Under the pieces are notes generated by a model that was given only the letters and a program-made list of their open reading frames with translations, had not been told where the DNA came from and made no database searches. From NCBI RefSeq assembly GCF_009914755.1, contig NC_060940.1: DNA of 64,000 nt. One strand, written 5' to 3'. Below, piece by piece: positions 25,420 to 42,642 of this stretch (position 1 is the first letter of the stretch; each line of letters begins with the position of its first letter). Position numbers and translations under genes: made by a program. This DNA comes from the human T2T-CHM13v2.0 reference genome, Homo sapiens.

Positions 25420-25933
25420 TATTAATTGAATCAGGGTCCCAGAACAAAAAAAGGTAATACATTTAAAAGGGAAAATTAAAGATAGTTTAACAAAACAACT
25501 ACTTAGGAAACTGTCATTCAGGGTAAGGAAATGAACAAAGTATGGAGAGTCAAACTTGGTTTAGAAATAACAAGAAGTTATTGCCATTCCTAGGTCTTAG
25601 GTGTAAGCAGATGACATTATTGAAATCTTGAGAGAGTTTTAATTATGGGAGATAGACTTTAAAGAAGGAATGTGGCCTTGAATAATCACATACACACTCT
25701 CAAACCTAGATCCAGCATGGAGGGGATCAACAATATAAATGCCATGTCTCTAACTCCTCTCACTCTCTAAGCTCCAGCCAGTACCTCCCCCATTGGATGG
25801 ACCCAGTGGGAACTACAGAGGGTAAGGAGTCCTCTTTGACACAATTCATGTCAGTCAGCTCTGTGATGCACTAGGGATGATGACAAATAACAGAGAGCTA
25901 ATCTTGAGGAACATACAATGAATATCAAACACA
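25420..25933 (-). mobile_element. LTR33/LTR41-like ERVL solo LTR
   Basis: TCAGGGTCCCAG...AGTTTAACAAA...GCCAGTACCTCCCCCATTGG...CAGAGGGTAAGGAG...AATATCAAACACA. Confidence 0.55.
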
Positions 25934-26128
25934 ATTGAAACTCTTAGTGAATTCAAAATCTCTACATATAAAGCTGACATCATGATACTACACATTCCAA
26001 ATTACATACAGTATAAGAGTGACTCAATTACAAAGGCAATGATGGAGGCTTGTGCCAGTGTAAAACTAGCAGCTTCTTTTCCCTTACAAAAATATGTGGT
26101 AAAAAAAAAATAAGAAAAAATGGGGAAA

Positions 26129-26507
<379 letters not shown>

Positions 26508-26639
26508 TTATCTACTCCAAATAGGAGTGCTTGAGCTCTGGAAAATCAAAGGACAATCTTTGTCTTTTCATTATTTTTATTTATTTTTTTAAAGAAATGT
26601 CTACCATCTTCCCAGTTGACTGCATCTACTTGAAAGATG

Positions 26640-26850
26640 TGCTTCTGGAATAAGCTAGAATGTGTTCTAATTCCAGGTCTCCTCTTACCCAAGGAACACT
26701 AATTCTTAACTAATTCATCTTCTATTAAAAAAAATCCTCCATTGTAAAGGAAGAATATTGATATGAGACTCAACAATAGTTTTTGAAGATTATATAAGAC
26801 AATTTATAAAAGATACATATCATTATACCTGCCATGATACTGATAAAATA
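26640..26850 (+). mobile_element. MIR relic
   Basis: GTTCTAATTCCAGGTCT...TCCTCCATTGTAAAGG...TTTTGAAGATTATATAAGACAAT. Confidence 0.4.
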
Positions 26851-27348
26851 TTAGTTTGAGGCACAACACATTCATCCAGCAAACTTCTCTATCTTTCCAA
26901 AGTGCTTGTCGCCTTCTTCCATTTGTGAGAGACTAAGAATATTCTCTGGCTTGTGATTGAGTCAAAAAGTCTTTCAGACATGAAAATATTTAATTAAAAT
27001 TGAGAATGTTTGCAAACCTGTGTGTATAGTCCCATGTGTATAAGAGTGGATGGTAAGGGGAGTGGTCGGTATTGAGGAAAGGAAACAAAGAAACAGAGAT
27101 ACATAAAGTTTTCACCATGCTTTAAAAGTTGAATACATAGAGCAAAGAAGTTTGACTACTAAATGATGAAGTTCTGACCTTTCACAACTGGTAGTATAAT
27201 TCAAATACAACATGGTACCTGATTACGAAGACTGGAACAGTCGTTGGGGCCATACCCAAGCCACCCATGGAGGACACCGAATTGACAGCATGTGGATAAA
27301 CAAGGAATGTTTTTTATTTAGCTGAGTGCCTGAAGTCTGAAATACAGT

Positions 27349-27375
27349 AAAAAAAAAAAAAAAAAAAAAAAAAAA
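27349..27375. repeat. poly(A) homopolymer (A27), not attached to a recognisable SINE or LINE
   Basis: Directly visible. Confidence 0.95.
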
Positions 27376-27984
27376 TTAAGAATTCCCATGGATTCGGTCT
27401 CTGATTTAGGAACATATTTCTGACAGAGGCCATCATCACCAACCATTGCATGGTTGACTTTACATCTGCCTTGACAATTTTTCTGTCACTTAAATTAGAG
27501 AAATTTAGGATACATGCAAAAATAGTTGCTCTTGATTCGCTAAAAGTACTCTTGTGTGCCTAGAGGGACCTTCTGAAATGTCTGTTTACAATGTACTACT
27601 CCAAGCATAAGAAGTTTTCAAATGCAGAGGTGACCAGCCATAAAAACTATGCATGTTAATAATTCAAAAGATATATCTGTAAAAACTGTTCTTTCTTTAC
27701 CTCTCACACCCTTGCTATGTATGCTTCCAGATTATCGTAATACAACATATTGTTATACAATAATATGATAATAATTACCTGATGAATTTTCTATGTATAA
27801 AAAAGAACGGAGGTAAATTCCACTTAATGAAAAGCATATCTCTTCATGCAGGGTCGAAGAGATTAAATGACAGGCCCTTGATGAAGTACCTGGCATATAA
27901 CAGATAAGTAATTAATAATAGTTATCTCTGAAATGTTCTATCGCTCACCACATCCATGGATTCTGCAGCAACACTGTCACCTTT

Positions 27985-28110
27985 GCAGTCCTTCATTTTC
28001 TCTAACACAAAAGAAAGGTAATAGGTCCTGTTTCACAGTGATACTGAAGAATTTGATTGAAAAGACATCAAGTGCCTAGTATAGAGCCTTGCCTATAGTA
28101 GTACTCATTT
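27985..28110 (+). mobile_element. MIR relic
   Basis: TTTCACAGTGATACTGAAGAATT...AAGTGCCTAGTATAGAGCCTTGCCTATAGTAGTACTCA. Confidence 0.5.
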
Positions 28111-28815
28111 TTTAATTTCTCAATTTGACATAATGCTGACTCTTTAAATAAGAGTAACAATGAGAAATTAGTATACAGAAAATATATATAGATATTGCTT
28201 CCAGTTATAAACACTAATCTAGAATACTTGATTCAGAAAGTGTTGCTTGTCAACCACCATTTATTTAAGAAGCCATAAATTCCTATTAAAGCTAATTTAA
28301 AACTGACAGTGTTTCTATTCCTGGAAAAATAAGCTCAAGCATCATTGTGGTGATACTGAGGGTATGCATTTGTATTTACATACTATAGATAACTGTAATT
28401 TTTGTCACTAAGTTACTAACATTTAAACAGATTCCCGAAGCAGCCAGGCACTTAGTAGTAGCCACAACATCAGCCATTTACAATTGTTCAGAAAATAGCA
28501 CAAATTGAAACTGTTCAAATCATTCATGGGTTGTGTTAAACACCATTTCTTACACACGTGCACCTTGGAGGTACACTGGTTTTGTGTAAAATAATAATTT
28601 TAAGACAAAATAACATACTTTAACGGGAAATATTGGTCACAATATTATACAAAGCAGATTTCTATATCAAAAACAACTATGAAAGCATATCTTTTAATAC
28701 ACTGTAACAGGTTCAGTTGTTGTATTAAGTGTCCCTTGAATACGTTTGCATGCATATTAAAAGTGGTCATATAAGGCCTTGTATTTTAGATGAAACATTT
28801 TATTTAGAAGAGAGA

Positions 28816-28998
28816 AGCTGGGCACAGTGGTGTGTGTGCACCTGTATCGTCCTGGCCACTCGAGAGGCTGAGGCAAAGGAATCCCCAAAGCCTTGGAGTT
28901 TGGGGCTGTATTGGGCTGTGATCACACCTGTGAATAGCTACTGTGCTCCAACCTGGGCAACACAGGGAGATCCCACCTCTAAAATAAATAAAAATAAA
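28816..28998 (+). mobile_element. FAM (fossil Alu monomer)
   Basis: FAM-type 7SL segment GATCACACCTGTGAATAGCTACTGTGCTCCAACCTGGGCAAC, then A-rich tail. Confidence 0.85.
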
Positions 28999-30114
28999 GA
29001 CATAAAACAGAGGATTGTGGTCCTGTGCCTGGAAATTATTTAAACCAAAATATACTTAATATAATAAATTTTCACCTCCTTGATATGTAAAGTGGATCAA
29101 CTTAACAAACCAGTGGCTTCCAAACTGCATTTCCCTTTTTCAAGAGAAAACTAATCTTTAATTTTGAGATTATACATTAAAAAGAAACATTTCTCTACCA
29201 CCATTAACCCTCCACCACTTCTGAGGCAACTTCACAGAGCAGTTAAATAGAACTTGGTAGAGAGGCAGAATCTGGATCAAAACTAAACTAAGCTAAACAC
29301 AAAGTATTAGATTAGGGGACAAAATATATGTAAATATAATCTGCTAAGTAACATGCTAATAACATATTTGCTCCATAGTTTTGATGATATTGCCATAGAC
29401 ACATGAGATCAGAACATCTCTCTGAAGGGGAGGGATATCTGACAGATATTTTACATTTGAAAGGGTAATGGACTAAATTTTGCAAAGGGATGTTACCTTG
29501 ACCATAGCTAAGTCTCAGGCCTTCCACATTGATGGCTCAAAAACTCCATTTTTACCTTTTATTTTGTGAGGCAATATGGTTTGTTCTCAGGAATGCTGCT
29601 TTTTGTAGAAGGGCTCAACAAAACCTATGTACAAATGAAAAATTTAAAGCCTATGGTTCTAAGTATCAAGAGAAGTGACTTTCCACATTTACCCCCAAAG
29701 CATAATAATCAGATTGGGTGAAAACCAGCTTCTCAGAATGTTCCTTAAACAGTTTATTACCTAGGCCAAATGTGCAGCCAAGTCAGTGCCTTTAATATGG
29801 TGCTTCTGTCCCTTTAATGCAGATTTAACACTAATGCTGGGCAAACTTGTTCTTTAGTCACTCCCCAGGAGAGCCTTTGAATGGACACTGCCCCACCTAC
29901 TCCTCTATGCTATTTTATTTCCAAGACTCCAACAACCCTGTTTTGATTGGCACATTTGTTAATCGGACAAGAGACAGGAGTGAGAGTGTTTTTTTACTTA
30001 GCTGTTTAATAAATGCCTCATTTCTGTGATGTAAGAACTTAGGCCTTTAGAACTGAGTAGAGAAGACGGTGAACTGAAGTCAAATCAGATCTTTCTTGTG
30101 GGGTGGGGGGCAAA

Positions 30115-30245
30115 GCGGTGTAATGGAAAATCATAGACTTATGACTCAGATTATCTAGGTACTATTCCCTATTCCTCGTGTATTAGCTCTGTGACTTTGA
30201 GTAATTCATGAATACCTTGGAGCCTCAATTCTCTCAACTGTATCT
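30115..30245 (+). mobile_element. MIR
   Basis: GGTGTAATGGAAAA...TAGCTCTGTGACTTTGAGTAA...GAGCCTCAATTCTCTCAACTGTA. Confidence 0.6.
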
Positions 30246-31899
30246 ACGTCACGTAATAATCATACATGGAAAATGCTGGGACTAGGCCGGTGCTCCATAT
30301 AAACCATGGCTCTTCTTTCTCTTTTGCCCTTATGACACAATAAAACTGGGATAACTCACATTTGTATTTTGAGAATTGCATGATTTTCTTGCAAAGCAGA
30401 CCATCAAAGAATGCAAATAGCATTATGTCTCAAAAGCCTAGAGAAAACCGAGTGATTATTTTCTTTCTCCTTAAACCTTTGCCATATCACAACACTAGTG
30501 GATTTCTAGGTTACCGATACTTTTGTTACAGGGATCTGCTTTTTCAAAACATATCCTTCTGTGCCTATATGTAATTTTTGCTTTTTCTCCACTTTTTTAC
30601 CTTTCTTTCCCTGGGATAAAGACGTTCAAACTTCACTCTTCTCCCACAGTTTTAAAAGCTACTTCCAATAGTCGTCTTGACAGAAAATTAAAGTTAAATA
30701 TTAGCTGAGTCCCTTATTTATTCATTAAACTTAAATTCAGTGTCTTCATGCCTGAGTCAATCTTTAATTATGATGATAACTTTCATTATTTACAAATCAT
30801 GGCTGATGTATGTTTTGTTTAGTCTATAACTAGCATGTCTTATGGTTTACAGCTGACACAGTGAGGAGGGAATACAGAAAGCTCCTTTTGCATTATCATT
30901 ATGTATAACAATGGGCTCAAAGGTGTTAAAAATTATAAATACTAAAAGGAGAAAAAAAGAAGTGCTTTCAGAAAGTTTAAACACGAAGCAAGGAAGTATA
31001 AGAAATATGGATTAAACATAGATCTGAACAACTCCTCAAATTTTATCTTTTCAACAATACCAACTTAGTACAATCAGGGCAGAAAAAATCCTAACAACTA
31101 GAAGAGCATGAAACTGCACTTCTTAGAGTTATTATACAATTAACATCTTTTCATATGTAGTTTCTATATAGAAAGAAATGTAATAGGAAAATTATTTTAA
31201 AGTTTCTTCCAAGTGATTAAAAATATCAAGTACATTAGGAATCATCTTAATTTATTTTTGTTTTCATTCCAGAATTTCTCAGCAAACTTTGTTCATATTA
31301 AGCCTAAGGTAAATTGTAGAACAATCACTATCAACATTATCCAACTCTCTTAATAGATGGAGAGCAAAGTATTAAAGTTATATGTGTTATAGGCCAAATT
31401 AAGAGCATCATTCTTCTACAATGGCTATAGGGTGAATTCTCTGATATTAATTTCATAATTAAAAATACAGATGTTCTTACCGAATCCCAGTGTTTTAGAG
31501 AGTAGCCAAAGTCCTATCCATTTCTTATTCAGTTCTTCAAATCACACCACTCCCACTCCATTCCATAGTTATCTGCTGTTCTTATCCTGTGACCATTATC
31601 ACTATCTACGTTATACCCTAGACATTTTTATGATATCAAATGTATCTCTCTTGATAGGCTCTGAGCATATGGAGGGAAGGACCAAGTTTTATTAATTTTT
31701 ATATCACTTGCAATAGTCATTATCAGACAAGTACCAATGAGATACATTAAAAAATCAAGAACTATGGAATATATTTTAAATCAAATTAATACATTTGTGA
31801 TTAAATCCATTTATGTCACTCATGTGGACTTACACAAGCTGTTTCAGAGCCATTATTTTCAAAGAGAAGTCAGGGTTTATTGGAAACATATCCATTGTG

Positions 31900-32030
31900 T
31901 ACACTAAATAAGTTACTTAAACTTGTTAAGACTCAGTTGTCTCATCTGCAAAATGGATATGAGGGTACTTTCTCTCTCTTAAGATGATCATGGCCATTGA
32001 TAAGATAACATAACTAAATTTCTTAGCAAG
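31900..32030 (+). mobile_element. MIR core
   Basis: AAGTTACTTAAAC...CTCAGTTGTCTCATCTGCAAAATGG. Confidence 0.65.
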
Positions 32031-32846
32031 TTTTTTCTAGAAATTATCAACTACTTGAATAAGTTTAAGATATTTTCCCAACATTACAAATGTCATTTCC
32101 TTCCCTCCACTTTCAGTCCACTTCCTCAGTACCTGTATGCTGAACTTATCAAGGAGGAAGACTAGAACACCAAGTCAAAAAACTACAGAGATAATCTTCC
32201 AGAAGAACAGTTAGCTAAACTGGAGGGGAGGAACTGAATTGAATAACTGCCCAATGTTATTAAATGACAAAAAAAATACTCATGTGGAATCATCTCTTCA
32301 ACACAGAAAAAAAGACATTATGGATCTTTAGAAATGAAGCAAAAGAAGCCACGGTAAAAATTTTAACAATTAGGAGTCATTAGCTAAACAAATCCTGACA
32401 GCTGAACAGTCACACAGACACCTAACACAGGCTTGACTTGTGAGGCTCCCTTAATAGGCCCCTCTGCATTTTCTGCAAACATTCCATTTTGTTACTTTTC
32501 TATGGATCCTAATATGTCATTCCCTATTCTCTCTGTCAGCCACATGTGTTTAAAAAGCACAACTAAGACTTCCCTTCATCAGTGATCAGAAGAGAAATTC
32601 TCTTCTGCATCTCACTGTATTAATCTCCTTGGAAAAAAAGAGGGACATTGTTGGGGAAAATGAATCAATTGATTCCTTTAAGCTTTCAAAATGAAAAGAG
32701 TCTTTATTAGGTTTTGTCATTTTCTCTCAAATACTAAAACAGCAGGTAGGTCTCATTTCATCAACTCTGAGACTGAAAAGTTATGGATTATGCCATACAT
32801 AATTTATACTACTTAAGGAAAACATGAAGTGATAGAAGCACATTTT

Positions 32847-35983
<3,137 letters not shown>

Positions 35984-35984
35984 T

Positions 35985-36115
35985 GAGGAGCACCTACCAA
36001 ATGCTAGTCATTATAGGATTCAATTCACATATATCTCTTGTAATCCTACAAAGACGCAAAGAGGTAGCCAATAACCTTATTTTCCAATCAAGGAAACTAA
36101 GGTCAGAAGATTGAA
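35985..36115 (-). mobile_element. MIR
   Basis: GAGCACCTACCA...TAATCCTACAAAGAC...GAGGTAG...AAGGAAACTAAGGTCAGA. Confidence 0.55.
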
Positions 36116-36499
36116 AATAAATGAATATAAAAGCCCCTTATGGAAACAGAACATGGAGGAGTGGAGCTGGAGAGAGAAATACATTCCATTTATTTACGTT
36201 CTAACTGGGAAAATATTGTTGTTAATAGTTTATGTTATATTCATAGCTCAAATTCATTTCAAGACAGAATATTTTTCTTAACAACAAACAGAAAAAAATG
36301 GAATTTTTAGGTGTATTTTTTTATTGAGTTACTTCAATTTCCCCCAAGAAGCACATTTCAAATTTTTAAGAACAATAAGGTAAGAAAACCATAATTTTTA
36401 ACATAGAGAAATGCATTTTATATAGGACTTGCCAAGCACATATGAAAATCAAAACAGTTATTATGAGAATGCTTACAGTAAAATGGGCAGTCTTACCCT

Positions 36500-37530
36500 G
36501 ACAGTAAAACAAAAATTGGGGTAACTTTATCAGAAAATAATGTCACAAAATAATTGAAACTCTTAAATGTCTTTATAATCCTTAACTACTACTCTTACTT
36601 CTGGATATACATCCTGAAAAGTAAATAAACAAGAAAATTTAAAAAACCCAAAAAGTTAAAATATCCACATTAACACACATATTGTTTAGCTTTATTCAAA
36701 ATACAGAACACTTGAAAATGGTATCTATGATTAAAAGGAGGGGAATAGACACGTAACTTATGGCATGCTGATACAAATAAATACTATGCAAGGATTAAAT
36801 TCATCTTTGCATACTATTGTAATATTACAGGAACGTACTTGCTTTTTATCACATGAAAAGATATATACAGCTGACCCTTGAACAATACAAGTGTTAGGAG
36901 TGCTGACTCTCCATGCAGTCAAAAATTTGTGTATAACTTTTGATTCCCCCAAAACTTAACTACTAGTAGTCTAATGCTGACTGCAAGCTTTACAATTAGT
37001 CCATTAACACATGTTGTATATTATGTGTATTATATATTATATTCTTACAATAAACTAAGCTGGAGAAAAGAAAATGTTAAGAAAACCATAAGAAAGAGAA
37101 AACGTTTTACTATTCACTTAGTGGAAGTGGACACAATAAAGGTTTTCATCCTTGTCATCTTCATGCTGAAGAGGAAAAAGAGGAGGAGTTGGTCTTGCAG
37201 TCTTACATGTGTCAGAGGGGGAAGAGGTGGAGGAAGTGGAAGGGGAGGCAGGAGAGACAGGCACACTCGGTGTAATTTATTGAAAAAATACTGCTTTTAA
37301 GTGGACCCACGCAATTCAGACCTGTGTTGTTCAAGGGTCCACTGTACTTACATATCTAGCATGAGCTCAGAATTACATACAGATTAAAACATGATTAAAT
37401 TACATACAAATTAAGGCATGAAAGAAGTATACCAAAAATGTTAATTTTTATCAATGATTATAACTGATGTTATGGATACTCTATTTTCTATGTTCCAAAT
37501 ATTTTCTGGGTGCACATCAGTGTTTAAAAT
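36500..37530 (+). mobile_element. L1ME-like 3' relic hosting the Tigger2 element
   Basis: CTTCTGGATATACATCCTGAAAA...GCTTTATTCAAAATA...TATGGCATG...AATACTATGCA. Confidence 0.45.
36868..37344. mobile_element. Tigger2a/MER28-like TcMar-Tigger non-autonomous DNA transposon
   Basis: TIRs CAGCTGACCCTTGAACAA ... TTGTTCAAGGGTCCACTG; TA target duplication at 36866-67 and 37345-46; internal GACTCTCCATGCAGTCAAAAAT...CCCCAAAACTTAACTACTA. Confidence 0.9.
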
Positions 37531-37550
37531 TGATAAAAATAAGTCTTATT

Positions 37551-37899
<349 letters not shown>

Positions 37900-39314
37900 T
37901 TACGTTTATATTAAAACCTAAAAGAAACTAGTCACCACCACCCCACAAAATGTTGCAAGATGTCATCTGAATAGCATGAATTACTCCTCCACAAAACTAG
38001 ATGTTTCATTATTATTTGAGAAAACTCATCTTTCAACCTTCTACAATATGGGCTATCATTCATATCGAACTTAATTAGAAAACAGTTTGGAAGTTGGAGG
38101 AATTCCTAATTTAAAACAATTAAAGGGGAAGTTGTCAGGTTCACTTTTGGTTTGCTTATCTATCTCTCATAGCAGCACTGAAGAGACCTGTCTTCCCCAA
38201 TCTCACTGTCTTCCCCTAGGATTATGTCATAGTGTGTAGTGTGAACATCTAGGAACCCATGGTGGCAATTAGCATCTGAGACTCCTGCCACAGCTACTAG
38301 AACGGTGACAAATGAAGGCATCCCAGGATTCTATGTTGTAAACGCTTTGATGGGTGCTTTCCTTCCAAGTGACATATCTCCTTGGTGGGGCAAGTCAATC
38401 TCGTACTTTACCGTTATTTCCATTCTGTATTGAGAGCTCCTCTTCTTTCCTTCCCTCCTTCCTGCTCTGAGTCCTACTGTGTCACAGTTAATGTAGTTAT
38501 CAAATGGAAAAAGCATGTCAGATAGTGACTATTTAAGGAGCACATTGCTTTCGCTGAGAAGATCATTACAGGTCCTTTGCTTCTCCATTGCTAAAATAAG
38601 GTTCCCTGCCTTATCTATTGCCTACCAATATCTGGGCTGGTTTTATATGCATGTTCCTTCTCTCCTAAACTTATATATAACTACTTTGTGAAGAAATTTT
38701 ATCTATTTTATGCATTCTAAAGTCATCATTATCTGCCAAGCAACAGGGACAATATATATTTTATATACAGATCATATGTATATATATTTTCCAAACCCCA
38801 ATTTAGGGCACATAATTCATTTCTATATCTGCCTTATGTCTTAGGCTGTAGCTCATGATAAGGACCACGTTTTAACCATCCCCAGCACAGAGATTCCACT
38901 CAATTTATGTCTAAGAATGAAAGAAGGAGGGAATTAATGAAAAATAACATATATTTTGTAATACTTCTAAATACAAAGGCAGTAAAAGGCTTCAGAGTCA
39001 TAGAATTTCTGAAATCTTTCAATAGCTCAAGAAAATAATACAGGATATCTGTAACTGGACATAGCTTGAAAGTCCAGAATATAGTCTGTTTACATGTATA
39101 GCAGATCAATAGAAAATTTTAGACTACAGACTACAAAATTAGACTATATTATGATCATGCATTTATGGTACCTAAGGGAAAATCTTAGACTAGAGCTTAG
39201 AAGACTCAATTCATAATTTCTGTCTCTATAGCCAAAGTTGAAGTAAGTGTCAAGATCATTACCCAAATAATTAGAGAGATTTTTTTTTTTTCCTCAAATA
39301 ACTTTTTCTGCGTA

Positions 39315-39430
39315 GCTTTTGTCTCCTATCAGATTGTAGACTCCTTAAGGTCAGAAATTCCACACCTCATTGAGTTTCCAGAATCACCTCCCCTGAACTG
39401 TGTCCTTAGTAGATATACATTGGATTGATT
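39315..39430 (+). mobile_element. L2 3' end relic
   Basis: TGTCTCCTATCAGATTGTAGACTCCTTAAGGTCAGAAA. Confidence 0.5.
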
Positions 39431-39616
39431 ATTGTTTACTGGCACCTATAGGATGAGCAGCTTACAGAGATCTCACTTCTTTTGCTTTGTGTTGGTTTCT
39501 TCAAGTGCCTCAGTTCCAGTTGATCAAGATGCCTTATAAAGCGCCAATCCAGTGTGGATGAGCCCAGGGTGGTGAGGGGGCTCTAATAAAATAAAAGGGA
39601 TAGAAGGCATGCCTTA

Positions 39617-39873
39617 ACTGTTTTCAACTTTCTTATGCTTTAGAATCATCTCATGCACTTTTAAAATATCTTAAAAGTTTTCTTTCAAAATAAAGATTTA
39701 AAAGTTTTCTTTCAAAATAAAGATTTTTAAAGTTTTCTTTTAAAATTTCTAGGCTCACCCCCAGATATTCTGATTCAATGTTCCTGGATTAGAGCCCAGA
39801 AATACTCGTTTCAAACAGGCATCAACTGTCATTTATATATAGGCGTTTCATGGACCACACACTGAGAAAATGC
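39617..39873. mobile_element. MER5-like DNA transposon with an internal tandem repeat
   Basis: TAGAATCATCT...AGGCTCACCCCCAGATATTCTGATTCA...GGACCACACACTGAGAAAA. Confidence 0.65.
39671..39746. repeat. 27-bp tandem repeat, about 2.8 copies
   Basis: TTAAAAGTTTTCTTTCAAAATAAAGAT twice exactly (39671-39697, 39698-39724) plus a partial third copy. Confidence 0.92.
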
Positions 39874-40321
39874 CACTTATTTGTGTTACTGCCGTAAGGA
39901 ATATCACTTCTTGCTCTCCTCCTGCCCCTACTAATAGCTCTGATCTTTACTCTTTCCCTCTAGAGGGATATAAAGAAGGCAAGGTGTGATCTTGTTCAGG
40001 CAATCTTGATAAAACAACAAAATAAGACTATCAATGTGCAGCTTTAATCCTAGCTCCAAAGAAATTTTGTGAAAGTTATTTTTCCATTTTCTTTCATTTG
40101 ACACACTCCTCCGATCACGTAACAATCCGTGTCTTATTATAAACATTCAATCATCATCTAAAGAAGCAAAATGATGATAAATTTTACTGTTTTTCTTTAA
40201 TGTCCCCTCTCAAGTTATGCTTTTCTTGTGGACTTTTGGCATGTTTAAATTCTGTTCCAGCAATGAGCCCTGTAAGAGTCCGGAGGTAGGGAGCCTCTCA
40301 ATATTAGGGCACTGAGTGTTA

Positions 40322-40697
<376 letters not shown>

Positions 40698-40699
<2 letters not shown>

Positions 40700-40790
40700 T
40701 CTCATTAAAGACATCCTCACAGAAACATTCAGAATAATTTTTGACCACATTATCTGGGCACAGCAGCTGAGCCAAGTTGACAAATTAAAA
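40698..40790 (-). mobile_element. terminal fragment of an MLT1D/E- or MLT2-like LTR
   Basis: ATCTCATTAAAGACATCCTCACAGAAACATTCAGAATAATTTTTGACCACATTATCTGGGCAC...GCCAAGTTGACA. Confidence 0.7.
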
Positions 40791-40815
40791 AAAAAAAAGG
40801 ATAAAAAATAATTCA

Positions 40816-41089
40816 GGTTGGGAGTGTGGCTCACACTTGTAATCCTAATGCTTGGGGAAGGTAGTTTGAGGCCAGGAGTTCAAGATCAGCCTGGGCAACA
40901 TAGTGAGACTCTTATCTTTTAAAAAAAAAAAAATTAACCAGGCACGGTGGTGTGTCTGTAGTCCTGCGTGCTCTGGTGGCTGAGACAGGAGGATTGCTTG
41001 AGCCCAGGAGTTTGAGGTTACAGTGAGCTATGGTGGCACCACTGCAGTCCAGCTTGGGCAACAGAGCCAGACCCTCTCTCTGTAAAAAA
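40816..41089 (+). mobile_element. AluJo/Jr with a left-arm deletion
   Basis: GGGCAACATAGTGAGAC; GGATTGCTTGAGCCCAGGAGTTTGAGGTTACAGTGAGCTATG. Confidence 0.9.
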
Positions 41090-41888
41090 GGAACAATATT
41101 CACAGCAATTATATATCTGTAAATGTGCAAATACATTTTTTGAAGAACACGCTCTGACCTACCCAGGGAAGGGCATTAGGACTGGTGGGCGATTAAGTGA
41201 CCTCTATTATTATAATAGCTTTTTGTTAGTGTCATTTAAAAATTATTTTAAGTTGTTTTTTGTTTTTTACAGTTAGCACATTTTCAAGTACAGCTTGAAT
41301 ATATATTTTTAAACTGGCCAGAATATTAATACATTTAAAGGTACTTCATCTATCTATATCCTAATAGTAACAGGAAATTATAACAAGAAATGTTCCTATC
41401 ATAAAAACTCTATTGAGATATAGAAAGCCTGATTGTGGCAAAAGATTCAAGGTGTATGTTAGGCAGAGTTCACTTCGGTTATGATGAAACATCTCCATTT
41501 ATGCCTCCCTCAAGAATTTATCTACAGAAAGTGTCCTGGGAATATTTTTGGAAGAAGCTGTTCTTTTTTTTCATGTCTCACTTGAAAGAAAATGGGATAG
41601 CTCTTATCTAAAGTACAGCATTATGTATGGATGTCTTAGTAAGTTGTCAGGAAGTAAATCACCTTGACAAAGGTAATGGTGCACGCACACACACATACAT
41701 ACATGCGTATATGCATACATGGGCATATAACCGCATCTATGTTTCTTTGCAGTGGGGTGCTCTTCGTTGGTTGACAATTTACCTAGGATATGGCAACTGG
41801 CACCAAAGGAGTAGGATATAAATATTATGATCATTGTAGCATAACAGAGAGAGGAAAAGGAAGTACAGAGTGTGGTGTTCTGGTTAAA

Positions 41889-42064
41889 TAGTGGGTCTAA
41901 ACCTTGGCTGCACATGATTATTGACCAGGAAGCTTTTTAAAAGACACAGTGAAACCCCACCCTTATATATCCTGATTTAATGTTTGAGATGGAGCTCAGG
42001 CAAAATTATTTTTAACAGCTCCCTTGCTTACTCGAATGTACAAGCAGGATTAAAGAAATTACTA
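41889..42064. mobile_element. MER5A-like DNA transposon
   Basis: AGTGGGTCTAAACCTTGGCTGCACAT...GCTTTTTAAAA...CCCCACCC...CTGATTTAAT...AACAGCTCCC. Confidence 0.65.
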
Positions 42065-42162
42065 GATTAGAATGAAAGAGTCTATAGAAGTGAGTGGCAA
42101 CGAATATTGGTAAAGCAAACATGGGTAGCAATCAATTGATTAACGTTTGAAAATTAAAGGAA

Positions 42163-42642
42163 AGACAAAGAATCTTTGCTTGGCCAAACTTTAGTCAGTT
42201 CCTGGATCTTCTTTTAGGCCCATCTGTGCACTTTCTTGTAAAATTCAGTTTTATCAAAAGAACCCTACTAATTCAGCTTTGCTGGAGTCCTCCATCTTTG
42301 ACTACCGATCATCCTTGATGGCCGATCAGGTTCTTCATCCTCTGCCATCCTTCCAGTGAGGTCTGATCACATTGACCTGTCTTCAGCAAGAATCCTGTTA
42401 GGTTTTAGTCAGAATCCTGTTTACCTCTCATGTTTCCTTTTAGCAATTTTCCATACAATGACCCCACCCTGCTCCTTTGCTATAAATTCTCACTTGTTTG
42501 TTCTGTATGCAGAGTTGAGCCCAATCTGTAATGCTCACTGCAAGACCCCATTGCAATGATACCTATGCCTACTGTGATAGTCCTGAGTACAGTCCTTCTT
42601 ACTGTGCTTTAATAAATATCAGTGAGTAATTTTTCTGTAACA
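42163..42642 (+). mobile_element. MER31A-like ERV1 solo LTR
   Basis: GACAAAG...CCAAACTTTAGTCAG; TCTGATCAC...CTTCAGCAAGAATCCTGTTAGG; CTATAAATT TATA box; GAGTTGAGCCCAATCT; CAAGACCCCATTGCA; ends TAACA. Confidence 0.85.

Noticed and set aside
27200-27390. A27 as the tail of a processed pseudogene
   Set aside because: No upstream AATAAA at a suitable distance, no TSD and no recognisable mRNA similarity.
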